The notes under the pieces are model-generated. The model did not search any database and had not been told where the DNA came from. It worked only from the letters and a program-made list of their open reading frames with translations. A stretch of 59,181 nt of DNA from Candidatus Binatia bacterium (GTDB taxonomy: Bacteria; Chloroflexota; Limnocylindria; Limnocylindrales; CSP1-4), in assembly GCA_035574535.1 (NCBI GenBank), contig DATLYV010000017.1, forward strand, positions 1 to 59,181, written 5' to 3'. The stretch's first letter is position 1. Each line of letters begins with the position of its first letter. This document shows positions 25,108-33,892 of the stretch, one piece after another. The position numbers and the translations under genes were made by a program.

Positions 25108-26187
25108 ATGCTCCAGATCACCGAAGCGGCCGTCATGGAGGCCCTGCGCAACGTCCAGGAGCCGGAGCTCGGCGGCGACCTCGTCAGTCGCAACATGGTG
25201 AAGGACCTCGTGATCGATGGATCGAAGGTCGCCTTCCAGATCGAGCTCACCACGCCGGCCTGCCCGCTCAAGGACGAGATCGAGGCCCGCGTCCACAAGG
25301 CCCTCGACCCGCTCGGCGTCGAATCGATCGAGCTGACGTGGGGCGCCGCCGTCCGGCGGGCTGCGCCGCGCACCGCCGAGCAGCTCCTGCCGAACGTCAA
25401 GAACGTCATCGCGGTCGCGTCCGGCAAGGGCGGGGTTGGGAAGTCGACCGTCGCGGTCAACCTCGCCGTGGCCCTCGCGCGCGACGGCGCCGCGGTCGGG
25501 CTGCTCGATGCGGACATCACCGGCCCCAACGTGCCGCTCATGCTCGGCCTCGACGGCCAGCCGCAGAAGAGCGACGACAACAAGATCGTCCCGCTGACCC
25601 GGCACGGCGTGAAGGCCATCTCGATCCAGTTCTTCGTGCCCGCGGGGCAGCCGATCATCTGGCGCGGGCCCCTCGTCGGCGGCGCGATCACGCAGTTCCT
25701 GCGCGACGTCGACTGGGGCGAGCTCGACTACCTCGTCATCGACCTCCCGCCGGGGACGAGCGACGCACAGCTGACGCTCGCGCAGGCCGTGCCGGTCTCC
25801 GGCGCCGTGCTGGTCACGACGCCGCAGGAGGTGAGCCTCCTCGACGTCGAGAAGGCGCTGGCGATGTTCAGGCGCATGAGCGTGCCGGTCCTCGGGCTCG
25901 TCGAGAACATGACCGCCTTCGTCTGCCCGCACTGCGGCGAGGCGACCGAGATCTTCGGGCGCGGCGGGGGCGAGCGATTCGCTGCGCAGCACCAGCTCGA
26001 GTTCCTCGGCGGCATCCCTCTCGACGTCACGGTCCGCCAGGGCGGCGACGTCGGCGTGCCGGCGGTCGCGCAGCGCGAGCCGCGTCCTGCCGCCCAGGCG
26101 CTGCAGACGATCGCCCGCACGATCGCCGCGCGCATGAGCGTGCGGGCGGCCGCGAACCAGGGGCAGCCGGTCCTCACGGTCTCCTGA
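25108..26187 (+). CDS. Mrp/ApbC/NBP35-family Fe-S cluster carrier ATPase
   Basis: N-terminal DUF59-like region, deviant Walker A ASGKGGVGKST, and CPHCG motif. Confidence 0.9.
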   Translation: MLQITEAAVMEALRNVQEPELGGDLVSRNMVKDLVIDGSKVAFQIELTTPACPLKDEIEARVHKALDPLGVESIELTWGAAVRRAAPRTAEQLLPNVKNVIAVASGKGGVGKSTVAVNLAVALARDGAAVGLLDADITGPNVPLMLGLDGQPQKSDDNKIVPLTRHGVKAISIQFFVPAGQPIIWRGPLVGGAITQFLRDVDWGELDYLVIDLPPGTSDAQLTLAQAVPVSGAVLVTTPQEVSLLDVEKALAMFRRMSVPVLGLVENMTAFVCPHCGEATEIFGRGGGERFAAQHQLEFLGGIPLDVTVRQGGDVGVPAVAQREPRPAAQALQTIARTIAARMSVRAAANQGQPVLTVS

Positions 26188-26234
26188 CGGCCGGCGGCCG
26201 GGTCGGTCGACCCCGCCGCCAGCTGCTCGCCCGC

Positions 26235-27095
26235 CTAGTTGTTGACGTCCGTGGCGGCCGCGCTCGCGACCGCGGGCACGGGCGCGGGGCTCGGCGGGAA
26301 CCAGGCGGGGACGTCCGGGGCGTCGATCGACACTCGGCCGGGCGAGATCTCCAGGACCATCCCGGTCACGCCGGGGAGCACGGGCACGCCGGAGGCCGCG
26401 CAGAGCTCGCGGATGATCTCCCGCCGCTCGCTCCAGTAGTGGACGAGGACGCCCTGGACGGCCCCTGAGCGTCGGACGTGGTCGATCGCCTCCGGCGTGT
26501 CGAGGTGGCCGCGGCGCGCGTCGTCGGTCGCGCCATTCTCCAGCGTCGCCTCGAGAATCAGGACGTCGGCGCCGCGGGCGAGCTCGACCACCATATCGGA
26601 CGGGCCCATGTCGCCGGCGTAGACGATCCGCTCGCCCTTCGGGCCCCGGATGTCCATCGACCAGGCCGGCACGTAGTGGCCCACGGCATGGGGCGTGACC
26701 CGGAGCTCGCCGACCTCGTATGTCGTGCCGCCCTCGTACTCGGTGATCTCGAAGGCCGGTTCGAAGAACGTTGGGCGCTCGTTGATCGCTGCGGCGAGGT
26801 GCTGGAGCTTCTCGCGGCCGCCCGGCGGGAGGAAGACCGGCAGCCTGCGCGGCGCCTCCTCGGCCCAGGGGAAGCGGTAGCGCATCGGGCCGATGTCGAT
26901 CCAATGGTCCGCGTGGAAGTGCCCGACGAACAGGCCCGCGAGGTTCGTCGCGCCGAGCCTCGCCTCGAGCTCGCGGGCGATGCCGCTGCCGATGTCGAAC
27001 AGGACGCTGGTGTCGCCCGACTGGACCAGGACGCCGGACTGGGCGCTGTCCCCGACGGGGCGGGCGCTCCCGGTGCCGAGAATGGTCAGCCGCAT
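26235..27095 (-). CDS. MBL-fold metallo-hydrolase (RNase Z/ElaC-like short form)
   Basis: MRLTILGTGSA... and GHFHADH motifs. Confidence 0.8.
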   Translation of the reverse strand: MRLTILGTGSARPVGDSAQSGVLVQSGDTSVLFDIGSGIARELEARLGATNLAGLFVGHFHADHWIDIGPMRYRFPWAEEAPRRLPVFLPPGGREKLQHLAAAINERPTFFEPAFEITEYEGGTTYEVGELRVTPHAVGHYVPAWSMDIRGPKGERIVYAGDMGPSDMVVELARGADVLILEATLENGATDDARRGHLDTPEAIDHVRRSGAVQGVLVHYWSERREIIRELCAASGVPVLPGVTGMVLEISPGRVSIDAPDVPAWFPPSPAPVPAVASAAATDVNN

Positions 27096-27234
27096 GCAAC
27101 CTCCAGACCCGCCCCCCGGCGCGATGCAGCCGACACGGTAGCGGGTCCCGACCGGCGCGTGCGCCGGTACGGGTGGGGGGTCGATCGCCGGGCGGCCGGG
27201 CGGCTCGCGGCCGCGTGCACGCCCAGGCGCGCGA

Positions 27235-28452
27235 TCACCCGGCCCCTCCCGCGCGCAGGCGGGACAAGACGATCGCCGCTGCGGCCACGGCGGCCCGCGC
27301 CCGGCCGAGACTGCCGTCCAGGAACACGACCCGCGTCTCCCGATGGCTGTCCGTCGGCGTCACGACGACCACGGTCGTGGCCGTGTCGCCGCCCCGCGGA
27401 CGAGCCTCGACGGCGACCCCGACCTCGGAGCCGCCGAGCTCCCGCGCGTGCTCCGCGAGGCGCTCGAGGGTCGAACGCTCGCCGTCGTCGGCCGCGGGCC
27501 GCGCCCCGAGCACCTCGCCGAACGCGAGCCGCTCGCCGAGGCCCTCGCCGAGCAGTGCCAGGAGCGCGCCGCGCATCCCGACCTCGATCGCGGACAAGCG
27601 CCAGCCTCGCTCGGCGAGGAGCGTGCCGAGCGTGTCCGGCCACGTGGCGTCGCCGCGGGCCCAGACGTACTTCCCGACCTTGGCGAGGACCTCCTGCTCG
27701 GCCGCGTCCACGAGCGAGATCGCCGCTGCCTCCGCATCCGCCGTCGACTGCCCCGCGCGCGCGTCGACGTGCGTCCAGATCCGGATGTCGACCGCGTCCG
27801 CGCGCGCGTACGTCGCGACCTGCGGCCGGTGGCCGGCAAGCAGCTCGCCGATCCGGTCGGCGATCGCCGACTCGCCGATGCCCGTGAGCCGCAGGGTTCG
27901 CGAGACGAGCGGCCGCCCGAGGCCGCGCGCCTCGAGCCGCGGGACCACCTCGCCCTCCCACATCGGCCGCATTTCGCGCGGTGGCCCGGGCAGGACGACC
28001 ACGACCCGGCCGTTCGGCCGGTCCACGAACCATCCCGGCGCCGTGCCGTTGTCGTTCGGGATCGCGACGGCCGAGGGGATCAGCCAGGCTTGCTTGAGGT
28101 TCGATTCGGGCAGGGGGATCGACCGCCGCTCGAACAGCCCGCGCAGCCAGCGCTCGAGCCCCGGGTCGACCACCGGCGTCTCGCCGAGGCACGCGGCCAG
28201 CGCCTCGCGGGTCAGGTCGTCCGGGGTCGGGCCCAGCCCCCCGGTCGAGACGACGAGGTCCGCACGAGCAAGGCCGTCGCGGAAGGCGGCGGTCACGACC
28301 GCGAGGTCGTCTGGCAGGGCGGTCATCCGCTGGACGACCACGCCGCGCCGCGTCAGGTCGCGCGCGAGGTCGCCGGCGTTCGTGTCGCGGGTCTCGCCGA
28401 CCGTCAGCTCGGTCCCGATCGACAGCAGCTCGGCGGTGCGGATCGCGGCCAT
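27235..28452 (-). CDS. cinA: CinA-family protein (MoCF-binding domain plus nicotinamide-nucleotide amidase domain)
   Basis: ELLSIGTELTVGETRDTNA, STGGLGPTPDDLT and VLPGPPREM motifs. Trimmed to ATG 28452. Confidence 0.85.
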   Translation of the reverse strand: MAAIRTAELLSIGTELTVGETRDTNAGDLARDLTRRGVVVQRMTALPDDLAVVTAAFRDGLARADLVVSTGGLGPTPDDLTREALAACLGETPVVDPGLERWLRGLFERRSIPLPESNLKQAWLIPSAVAIPNDNGTAPGWFVDRPNGRVVVVLPGPPREMRPMWEGEVVPRLEARGLGRPLVSRTLRLTGIGESAIADRIGELLAGHRPQVATYARADAVDIRIWTHVDARAGQSTADAEAAAISLVDAAEQEVLAKVGKYVWARGDATWPDTLGTLLAERGWRLSAIEVGMRGALLALLGEGLGERLAFGEVLGARPAADDGERSTLERLAEHARELGGSEVGVAVEARPRGGDTATTVVVVTPTDSHRETRVVFLDGSLGRARAAVAAAAIVLSRLRAGGAG

Positions 28453-28574
28453 CGGGGCAGGGTACGCGAGCGCGGGACGCGAGGCGCACGTGACGCCAGG
28501 CGCCCGGCATGGATCGGGACTGCCACCATCCGCTGCTACCATCCAGCCGATCCCACCCCAGCCCCGGAGGTGCC

Positions 28575-29447
28575 GTGGACGGGCCCGGTTCCACGATGAA
28601 CCCAGGCAGCGCGACGCCGGCAGGCCAGCCATTGGCCGGCGATCCGCCGGGTTTCCGCGCGCAGCTCGGCGCGACCCTCGGCGCCGGCAAGCGCCTCCTC
28701 CGCGCGCACATCGACCTGGCGAAGGCCGAGGCGAGCGAGATCGCCGGCAACGTCGGCCGGGTGGTCGGGCTCGTCGTCGTCGGCCTCGTCTTCGCCTTCA
28801 TCGCGGGACTGCTGCTGGTCATCGGCGGCCTGCTGTTCCTGGGCGAGTGGCTGTTCGGGTCGATCGGCTGGGGCGTCCTTCTTGGCTTCCTCCTCCTGCT
28901 CGATGTCGCGCTGGTGACGATCCTCGCCGCCCTCGACGTGTCCGGCCGGCGCATCGGGGCCTCGTTCGGCATCGCCGCGGTCATCGGGATCGCCGTCGGG
29001 CTGCTGCTCGGTTTCGACATCCTCCACCAGGGCTGGCGCGCGCTCGGCGATGCGGTCGCCCAGCCGGTCGTCGCCGACGAGGGCTGGCGGACTGCGCTCA
29101 CGGCGATGGTCGTGGTCGGCCTCATCGCCGGGGTGCTCGGCCTGGTCGGCGCCCTCCGCGGCGGATCTGGCGCCAGCGGGGCGATCGCGGCCTTCGTCGG
29201 GCTTGCGATTCTCGGCGCGCTGCTCGGCTGGATCACCTCGATCACCATCTCGGCGCAGGTCGGGGCCGCGCTCGGCGTCCTCGTCGCCCTGATCGCCTGG
29301 CCGGTCCTCGCGGGCCGCGACGTCATGGGCCAAGGCATCGACGGCGAGGCCCTCAAGGACAAGTTCATGCCGAACGAAACGATCAACCTCACGAAGGAGA
29401 CGATCGAGTGGGTGCGCGCACGGACGCCGCTCGTGCCGAAGTCCTAG
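28575..29447 (+). CDS. Holin-X-like (phage holin family 3-type) integral membrane protein
   Basis: The LLRAHIDLAKAEASEIAGNVGRVVGLVVVGLVF signature is followed by several Gly/Ala/Leu-rich helices. Start is GTG 28575 (GGAGG-N4) or ATG 28596. Confidence 0.55.
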   Translation: MDGPGSTMNPGSATPAGQPLAGDPPGFRAQLGATLGAGKRLLRAHIDLAKAEASEIAGNVGRVVGLVVVGLVFAFIAGLLLVIGGLLFLGEWLFGSIGWGVLLGFLLLLDVALVTILAALDVSGRRIGASFGIAAVIGIAVGLLLGFDILHQGWRALGDAVAQPVVADEGWRTALTAMVVVGLIAGVLGLVGALRGGSGASGAIAAFVGLAILGALLGWITSITISAQVGAALGVLVALIAWPVLAGRDVMGQGIDGEALKDKFMPNETINLTKETIEWVRARTPLVPKS

Positions 29448-29992
29448 CGGCCAGGGCCGGCCTCGACGAGGAGCTCGTCCGCCTCGAGGCGGCGGGCCGT
29501 GCCGCGGTCGACATCCCGGCGCGCCTCAAACGCGAGCCCGTGAAGGTGCTCGGTGCCGCGGGCGGTGCCGCGTTCCTGCTCGCGGGTGGGCCGAAGCGGG
29601 TCTTCAAGGGCGTGCGCCGCGCGATCCTCGGGCCGAAGGCGGACATGCCCAAGTCCATGCTGCCCAAGGAGATCGAGAGGGAGCTCAAGAAGCTCGGCGA
29701 CGACGGCGAGCGCGTGCGCGCGACGCTCGAAAAGGAGTTCGCCAACTACCTCGAGGAGAAGGCGCCGAAGCGCAAGGAGCGGGACCTCGGCGCGACCGCC
29801 GCGCTGCTCCTCGGGAGCACGCTCGGGCCGGTCGCGAAGCGGTTCGGGAGGCAGCTGGCCGAGCAGGCCCTGAACCCGGACGGCCCGTCCTTCGCCGAGG
29901 GCATCCGCCGGGCGCTCGAGGCGCGCGAACGCCGGCGCGCGGGGCATAATGGCCGGCATCCGCCAGCGGAGAACGACGCCGCACCCCTGTAG
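29408..29992 (+). CDS. DUF3618-like coiled-coil protein
   Basis: GAAGGAGA lies 7 nt before GTG 29408. Only the last 585 nt of track ORF 27173-29992 look coding. Overlaps the upstream gene by 40 nt. Confidence 0.55.
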   Translation: MGARTDAARAEVLAARAGLDEELVRLEAAGRAAVDIPARLKREPVKVLGAAGGAAFLLAGGPKRVFKGVRRAILGPKADMPKSMLPKEIERELKKLGDDGERVRATLEKEFANYLEEKAPKRKERDLGATAALLLGSTLGPVAKRFGRQLAEQALNPDGPSFAEGIRRALEARERRRAGHNGRHPPAENDAAPL

Positions 29993-30032
29993 CGACGCCC
30001 TTCACGCGCGGTAGCGACGCCGCTCACGCGCG
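29989..30032. repeat. 22-bp tandem direct repeat GTAGCGACGCC(CT/GC)TCACGCGCG x2 upstream of the ABC-2 exporter operon
   Basis: Copies at 29989-30010 and 30011-30032 match at 20/22 positions. The first copy overlaps the TAG stop of the upstream gene. Confidence 0.75.
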
Positions 30033-30066
30033 CTCGCGCCCAGCTACGGTCGCAACGGATACCCCG

Positions 30067-31035
30067 ATGACCCAGACCCCAGCCGCCGACGCCCCGCGCC
30101 GCCCGAGCCCGCCGACCGACGGTGCCGTGATCATCGTCACGGATGCGCGCAAGTCGTACGGCGCGGTGAAGGCCGTCGACGGCGTCAGCTTCGAGGTCCG
30201 CCGCGGCGAGATCTTCGGCCTGCTCGGCCCCAACGGCGCCGGGAAGACCACGACGATGGAGATGATCGAGGGCCTCCACGCACCCGACGGTGGCGGCATC
30301 CGCGTCCTCGGCATGGACGTTCGGCGCGAGGCCACGGCGATCAAGAACCGGATCGGCGTCCAGCTCCAGACTGCCGCGCTCTACCCGCAGCTCACTGTCG
30401 TCGAGCTGCTCCAGCTGTTCGGCAGCTTCTACGAACGCGCGCTCCCGGCCGAGCGTGTGATCGCGGACCTCGACCTCCAGGAGAAGCGCGACGCCCAGAC
30501 CAAGACGCTCTCCGGCGGGCAGCAGCAGCGCCTCTCGGTCGCCCTGGCGCTCATCAACGACCCCGAGGTGGTGTTCCTCGACGAGCCGACGACCGGCCTC
30601 GACCCGGCCGCGCGTCAGAGCCTCTGGCAGGTCATCCGCCGCCTCCGCGAGGACGGCCGGACGATCCTGATGACGACCCACTACATGGCGGAGGCCGAGG
30701 AGCTCTGCGACCGGCTCGCGATCATGGACCACGGCCGGATCCTGGACATGGGCACGGCCGAGGAGCTGATCGGGCGGCGGTTCAAGGAGCGCGCCGTGCG
30801 GTTCAGCAGCGAGCGGGCGCCCTCGGACGCGGAGCTGTCCGAGCTGGCGGGCGTCAAGCGCGTCACGCGCGACGACGGCGAGGTCGCGCTCTACACGAGC
30901 GACGTGCCGGCGACGATCGGGGCCCTGCTCGAGCTGGCGGGCCGGAACGGCATCGACCCCGAGAACCTGATGATCCGGCGGGCGAGCCTCGAGGACGTGT
31001 TCCTCGACCTCACCGGCCGCGCGCTGCGGGACTGA
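30067..31035 (+). CDS. ABC transporter ATP-binding protein (DrrA/ABC-2 exporter type)
   Basis: GPNGAGKTT, LSGGQQQR, VVFLDEPTTGLD and TTHYM motifs. Confidence 0.9.
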   Translation: MTQTPAADAPRRPSPPTDGAVIIVTDARKSYGAVKAVDGVSFEVRRGEIFGLLGPNGAGKTTTMEMIEGLHAPDGGGIRVLGMDVRREATAIKNRIGVQLQTAALYPQLTVVELLQLFGSFYERALPAERVIADLDLQEKRDAQTKTLSGGQQQRLSVALALINDPEVVFLDEPTTGLDPAARQSLWQVIRRLREDGRTILMTTHYMAEAEELCDRLAIMDHGRILDMGTAEELIGRRFKERAVRFSSERAPSDAELSELAGVKRVTRDDGEVALYTSDVPATIGALLELAGRNGIDPENLMIRRASLEDVFLDLTGRALRD

Positions 31036-31047
31036 GGCGGCGTCGCC

Positions 31048-32145
31048 GTGCGCTCGCTGGTCGCGCTGACCATCGCCAACCTCCGAAGCTTCGTCCGGGA
31101 TCGGGCCGCGCTGTTCTGGACGCTCGCCTTCCCGGTCGTCTTCGTGATCCTGTTCGGGACGATCTTCTCGGGGGGCAGCTCCGAGTACCAGATCGGCTGG
31201 GTCGACCAGGACGGCTCGCCGCCCTCGGCGCAGCTCCGCGCGGTTTTCGCCGAGAACGCCCCGGTCGAGCTGACCGACGCGACGCTGGACGTGGCGCGCG
31301 AGCAGATGCGGGACGGCGATCTGGACGGCATCGTCGTGGTCCCGGACGGCCTCGCCGACGCGATCGCGGCGGCCCAGGGCGGCCAGCCGGGCGCGCCCCT
31401 GCCCGTGACCGTCATCACCGACCCCAGCCGCTCGACCACGTCGCAGACGGTCGTGCAGATCACCAGCGCGCTGATCATGGCCGCGAACCTGCAGGCCTCC
31501 GGCGCTACGCCGGTCCTCGCGGTGACGCCCGAGTCGCTCCAGACGAACTCGCTGAACGCGGTCTCGTTCTTCGTGCCGAGCATCCTCGCCATGGCGCTCA
31601 TGCAGCTGGGCGTGTTCGCGGCCATCCCGCTCGTCCAGCAACGCGAGAAGCTGATCCTGAAGCGCCTCAACGCGACGCCGCTGCCGCGCTGGACGCTCGT
31701 CGGCTCGAACGTGATCGTGCGGCTGCTGATCGGCGCGGCCCAAACGGTCATCATCCTGGGCATCGGGCTCGCGGTGCTCGGGGTCGAGGTCGTCGGTAAC
31801 CCGCTGCTCATCGCGGGCTTCGTCATCCTCGGGGCGCTGACGTTCACCTCGATCGGCTACGTGATCGCCTCGTTCGCCCGGACCGAGGAGGCCGCGAACG
31901 GCATCACCAGCATCGTCCAGTTCCCGCTGATGTTTCTCTCCGGGATCTTCTTCCCGCTCGAGGTCATGCCCGAGTGGCTCCGCGGCGTCGCGACCTTCAT
32001 GCCGCTCACGTACCTCGGCGACGCGCTCCGGCAGACGATGGTCGGCGGGACGCCGTTCGCGCCGCTCGGCGTCGACGCGCTCGTGCTCGTCGGCTGGCTC
32101 GTCGTCACGCTCGGGATCTCCGCCCGCTTCTTCCGCTGGCAGTAG
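31048..32145 (+). CDS. ABC-2 type transporter permease with a large extracytoplasmic loop
   Basis: One N-terminal TM segment, a loop of about 150 aa, then five TM segments. Begins 13 nt after the ATPase gene. Confidence 0.85.
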   Translation: MRSLVALTIANLRSFVRDRAALFWTLAFPVVFVILFGTIFSGGSSEYQIGWVDQDGSPPSAQLRAVFAENAPVELTDATLDVAREQMRDGDLDGIVVVPDGLADAIAAAQGGQPGAPLPVTVITDPSRSTTSQTVVQITSALIMAANLQASGATPVLAVTPESLQTNSLNAVSFFVPSILAMALMQLGVFAAIPLVQQREKLILKRLNATPLPRWTLVGSNVIVRLLIGAAQTVIILGIGLAVLGVEVVGNPLLIAGFVILGALTFTSIGYVIASFARTEEAANGITSIVQFPLMFLSGIFFPLEVMPEWLRGVATFMPLTYLGDALRQTMVGGTPFAPLGVDALVLVGWLVVTLGISARFFRWQ

Positions 32146-32163
32146 GCGGGCCGATGCGCCGGC

Positions 32164-32652
32164 TCAGCCCCGACCCGACCCGGCGCGTCGGTTCGTGATC
32201 CGCGGCTGGACCAGCGCCCGATCCGGTGGGACGATCGCCAGCAGGGCGGCGCGGAACGCCCCGTAGGTCTTCTCGCCGAGCAGGCGCCGGTAGCGCCGCT
32301 CGATCGCCCGGTTCACGCGGCGGACGCACGTGATGACGTCGAGCGCCGCAGCCGTCGGGACCACGATTGTCGCGCGGCCGTCGTCCGGGTCCGGCCGGCG
32401 GCTGACGTAGCCGAGCCGCTCGAGCTCCGCGACCAGCTCACCCATCGCGGGCTTGCTCATCCCCGCCCGCGCCGCCAGCACGGACGGGCGCGTCCCGGCG
32501 GGATCGAGGTTCGCGAACACCGCGCCGTGCTTGTGGCGGATCCGCGGATGGCCGGCGCGCGCCAGCTCGTCGAGCAGCTCGCGGGCGGTCTCTTGGTATG
32601 CGGCCAGCAGCAGCGATTGCGTGAACGGGACCGTCCGGCCGATGGTCGACAT
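32164..32652 (-). CDS. MarR-family transcriptional regulator
   Basis: Winged-helix region LAARAGMSKPAMGELVAELERLGYVSRRPDPDDGR. 162 aa. Confidence 0.85.
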   Translation of the reverse strand: MSTIGRTVPFTQSLLLAAYQETARELLDELARAGHPRIRHKHGAVFANLDPAGTRPSVLAARAGMSKPAMGELVAELERLGYVSRRPDPDDGRATIVVPTAAALDVITCVRRVNRAIERRYRRLLGEKTYGAFRAALLAIVPPDRALVQPRITNRRAGSGRG

Positions 32653-32663
32653 CGATGGTAAGG

Positions 32664-32675
32664 ATACTTTAGTAT
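32664..32675. promoter_or_regulatory. Inverted repeat ATACT-TT-AGTAT in an AT-rich divergent promoter region (candidate MarR operator)
   Basis: The 58-bp gap between marR (start 32652) and the cupin gene is the most AT-rich stretch in the window. A CATCGATG palindrome spans the marR start codon. Confidence 0.4.
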
Positions 32676-32710
32676 GGTTGCCTAACGATCAAGCCGCCGC
32701 AGTGGAGGAG

Positions 32711-33208
32711 ATGACGATGGAGTCATCCGCTGCCATCCGACCATACCGGCTCCGCGCGGGTGAGGGCGAGGCGATCTGGTTCCTCGGCAACCTCGTGACC
32801 GTGCGTGCGGGCGCCTCGGCGACCCGGGGCCGCATCAGCGTCGTGGAGTTCGTGAATCCGGCCGGGTTCGGCCCGCCGCTGCACCGGCATCGCGACGAGG
32901 ACGAGATGTTCCACGTCTTGTCCGGCGCGGCCCGGGTCCGCTGCGACGGCGAGGCGTACGAGATCGGCCCGGGCGACTTCGTCTTCCTGCCGGCCGGGCT
33001 GCCGCACACCTTCCTCGTCGGGCAAGACGCGCCGCTGCACGTCCTCCAGATCACCGCCCCCGGTGGCTTCGAGGCGTTCGCCGCGGCGGCCGGGAAGCCG
33101 GCCCGCGAGCGACGGCTGCCCGATCCCGGGCCGGTCGATCCCGCGCGCCTGGCGCAGATCAGCGCGGACCACGGGATCGAGATCCTCGGGCCGCCGCCGA
33201 GCGCCTGA
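32711..33208 (+). CDS. Cupin-domain protein
   Basis: Cupin motif 1 PPLHRHRDEDEMFHVLSG and motif 2 GDFVFLPAGLPHTF. GGAGGAG abuts ATG 32711, so ATG 32717 is the likelier start. Confidence 0.8.
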   Translation: MTMESSAAIRPYRLRAGEGEAIWFLGNLVTVRAGASATRGRISVVEFVNPAGFGPPLHRHRDEDEMFHVLSGAARVRCDGEAYEIGPGDFVFLPAGLPHTFLVGQDAPLHVLQITAPGGFEAFAAAAGKPARERRLPDPGPVDPARLAQISADHGIEILGPPPSA

Positions 33209-33211
33209 GGG

Positions 33212-33892
33212 TCAGCGCGGGGAACTGGGTCGGAGCTCGATCAGCGCCGAGCCGGTGACGTTAATGAGCGTCGTGCCGTCGCGGTCGACGATCGGGGTGT
33301 GGGAGGACGCCCAGGTCGTGTGGCCGTGGATCCACAGCCGCGGGTGGAGCCGCTGCAGGACCACCCGGTAGGCGGCGAACCCGACGTGGTACGGGTCGTC
33401 CGGGGTGTCGCCGGCGTCGCGCGGCGGCACGTGGCTGATTACGAGCCAAGGCCGGCCCCCGGGCAGGAGCAGCCGGTGCCCCAGCGCGCGAAGAACCTGG
33501 CGCCACGCTGCGCCCTCGTCGCGCTTGGAGCTGCGATCCTCGGCCGTGGGCCACGGCAGCGCGAGGACGCGAACGTTCGGCAGCGCGCCGTCCACGATCC
33601 CGGACGACGCCTCGGGCAGCCGGTCGAGGGCCGGCCATGCGCCGCTGCGGTCGTGGTTGCCGAGGACGTACAGCAGTGGTGCGCGGAACGCGTCGCCGAG
33701 GAACTGGACCTGCTCGATCGTCAGGTCGCCGGCACCGACCACGAGGTCGATCCGGCCGAGCGCCTCGCGGTTCGAGGCGACGTCGAGGGCCCGGTCGGGC
33801 TCGTCGGACGCTGCCAGGATCCGGATCGGCCGTCCGTCGCGGCTGCGAAACGGTCGGGGATCGTCCCAGACGAGGCTGACGCGGCGGGTCAT
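33212..33892 (-). CDS. Calcineurin-like metallophosphoesterase (motif I atypical)
   Basis: GAGDL, GNHD, ISHVPP and IHGHT motifs. The first motif reads ASDEPD rather than D-x-H. The ATG overlaps the upstream stop (ATGA). Confidence 0.7.
   Translation of the reverse strand: MTRRVSLVWDDPRPFRSRDGRPIRILAASDEPDRALDVASNREALGRIDLVVGAGDLTIEQVQFLGDAFRAPLLYVLGNHDRSGAWPALDRLPEASSGIVDGALPNVRVLALPWPTAEDRSSKRDEGAAWRQVLRALGHRLLLPGGRPWLVISHVPPRDAGDTPDDPYHVGFAAYRVVLQRLHPRLWIHGHTTWASSHTPIVDRDGTTLINVTGSALIELRPSSPR

Noticed and set aside
27086-29392. 768-aa minus-strand ORF, and 939-aa plus-strand ORF 27173-29992
   Set aside because: Both run through cinA and the holin-like gene in the wrong frame or strand. 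Only the last 585 nt of the plus ORF (29408-29992) have an SD-preceded start and a protein-like sequence.
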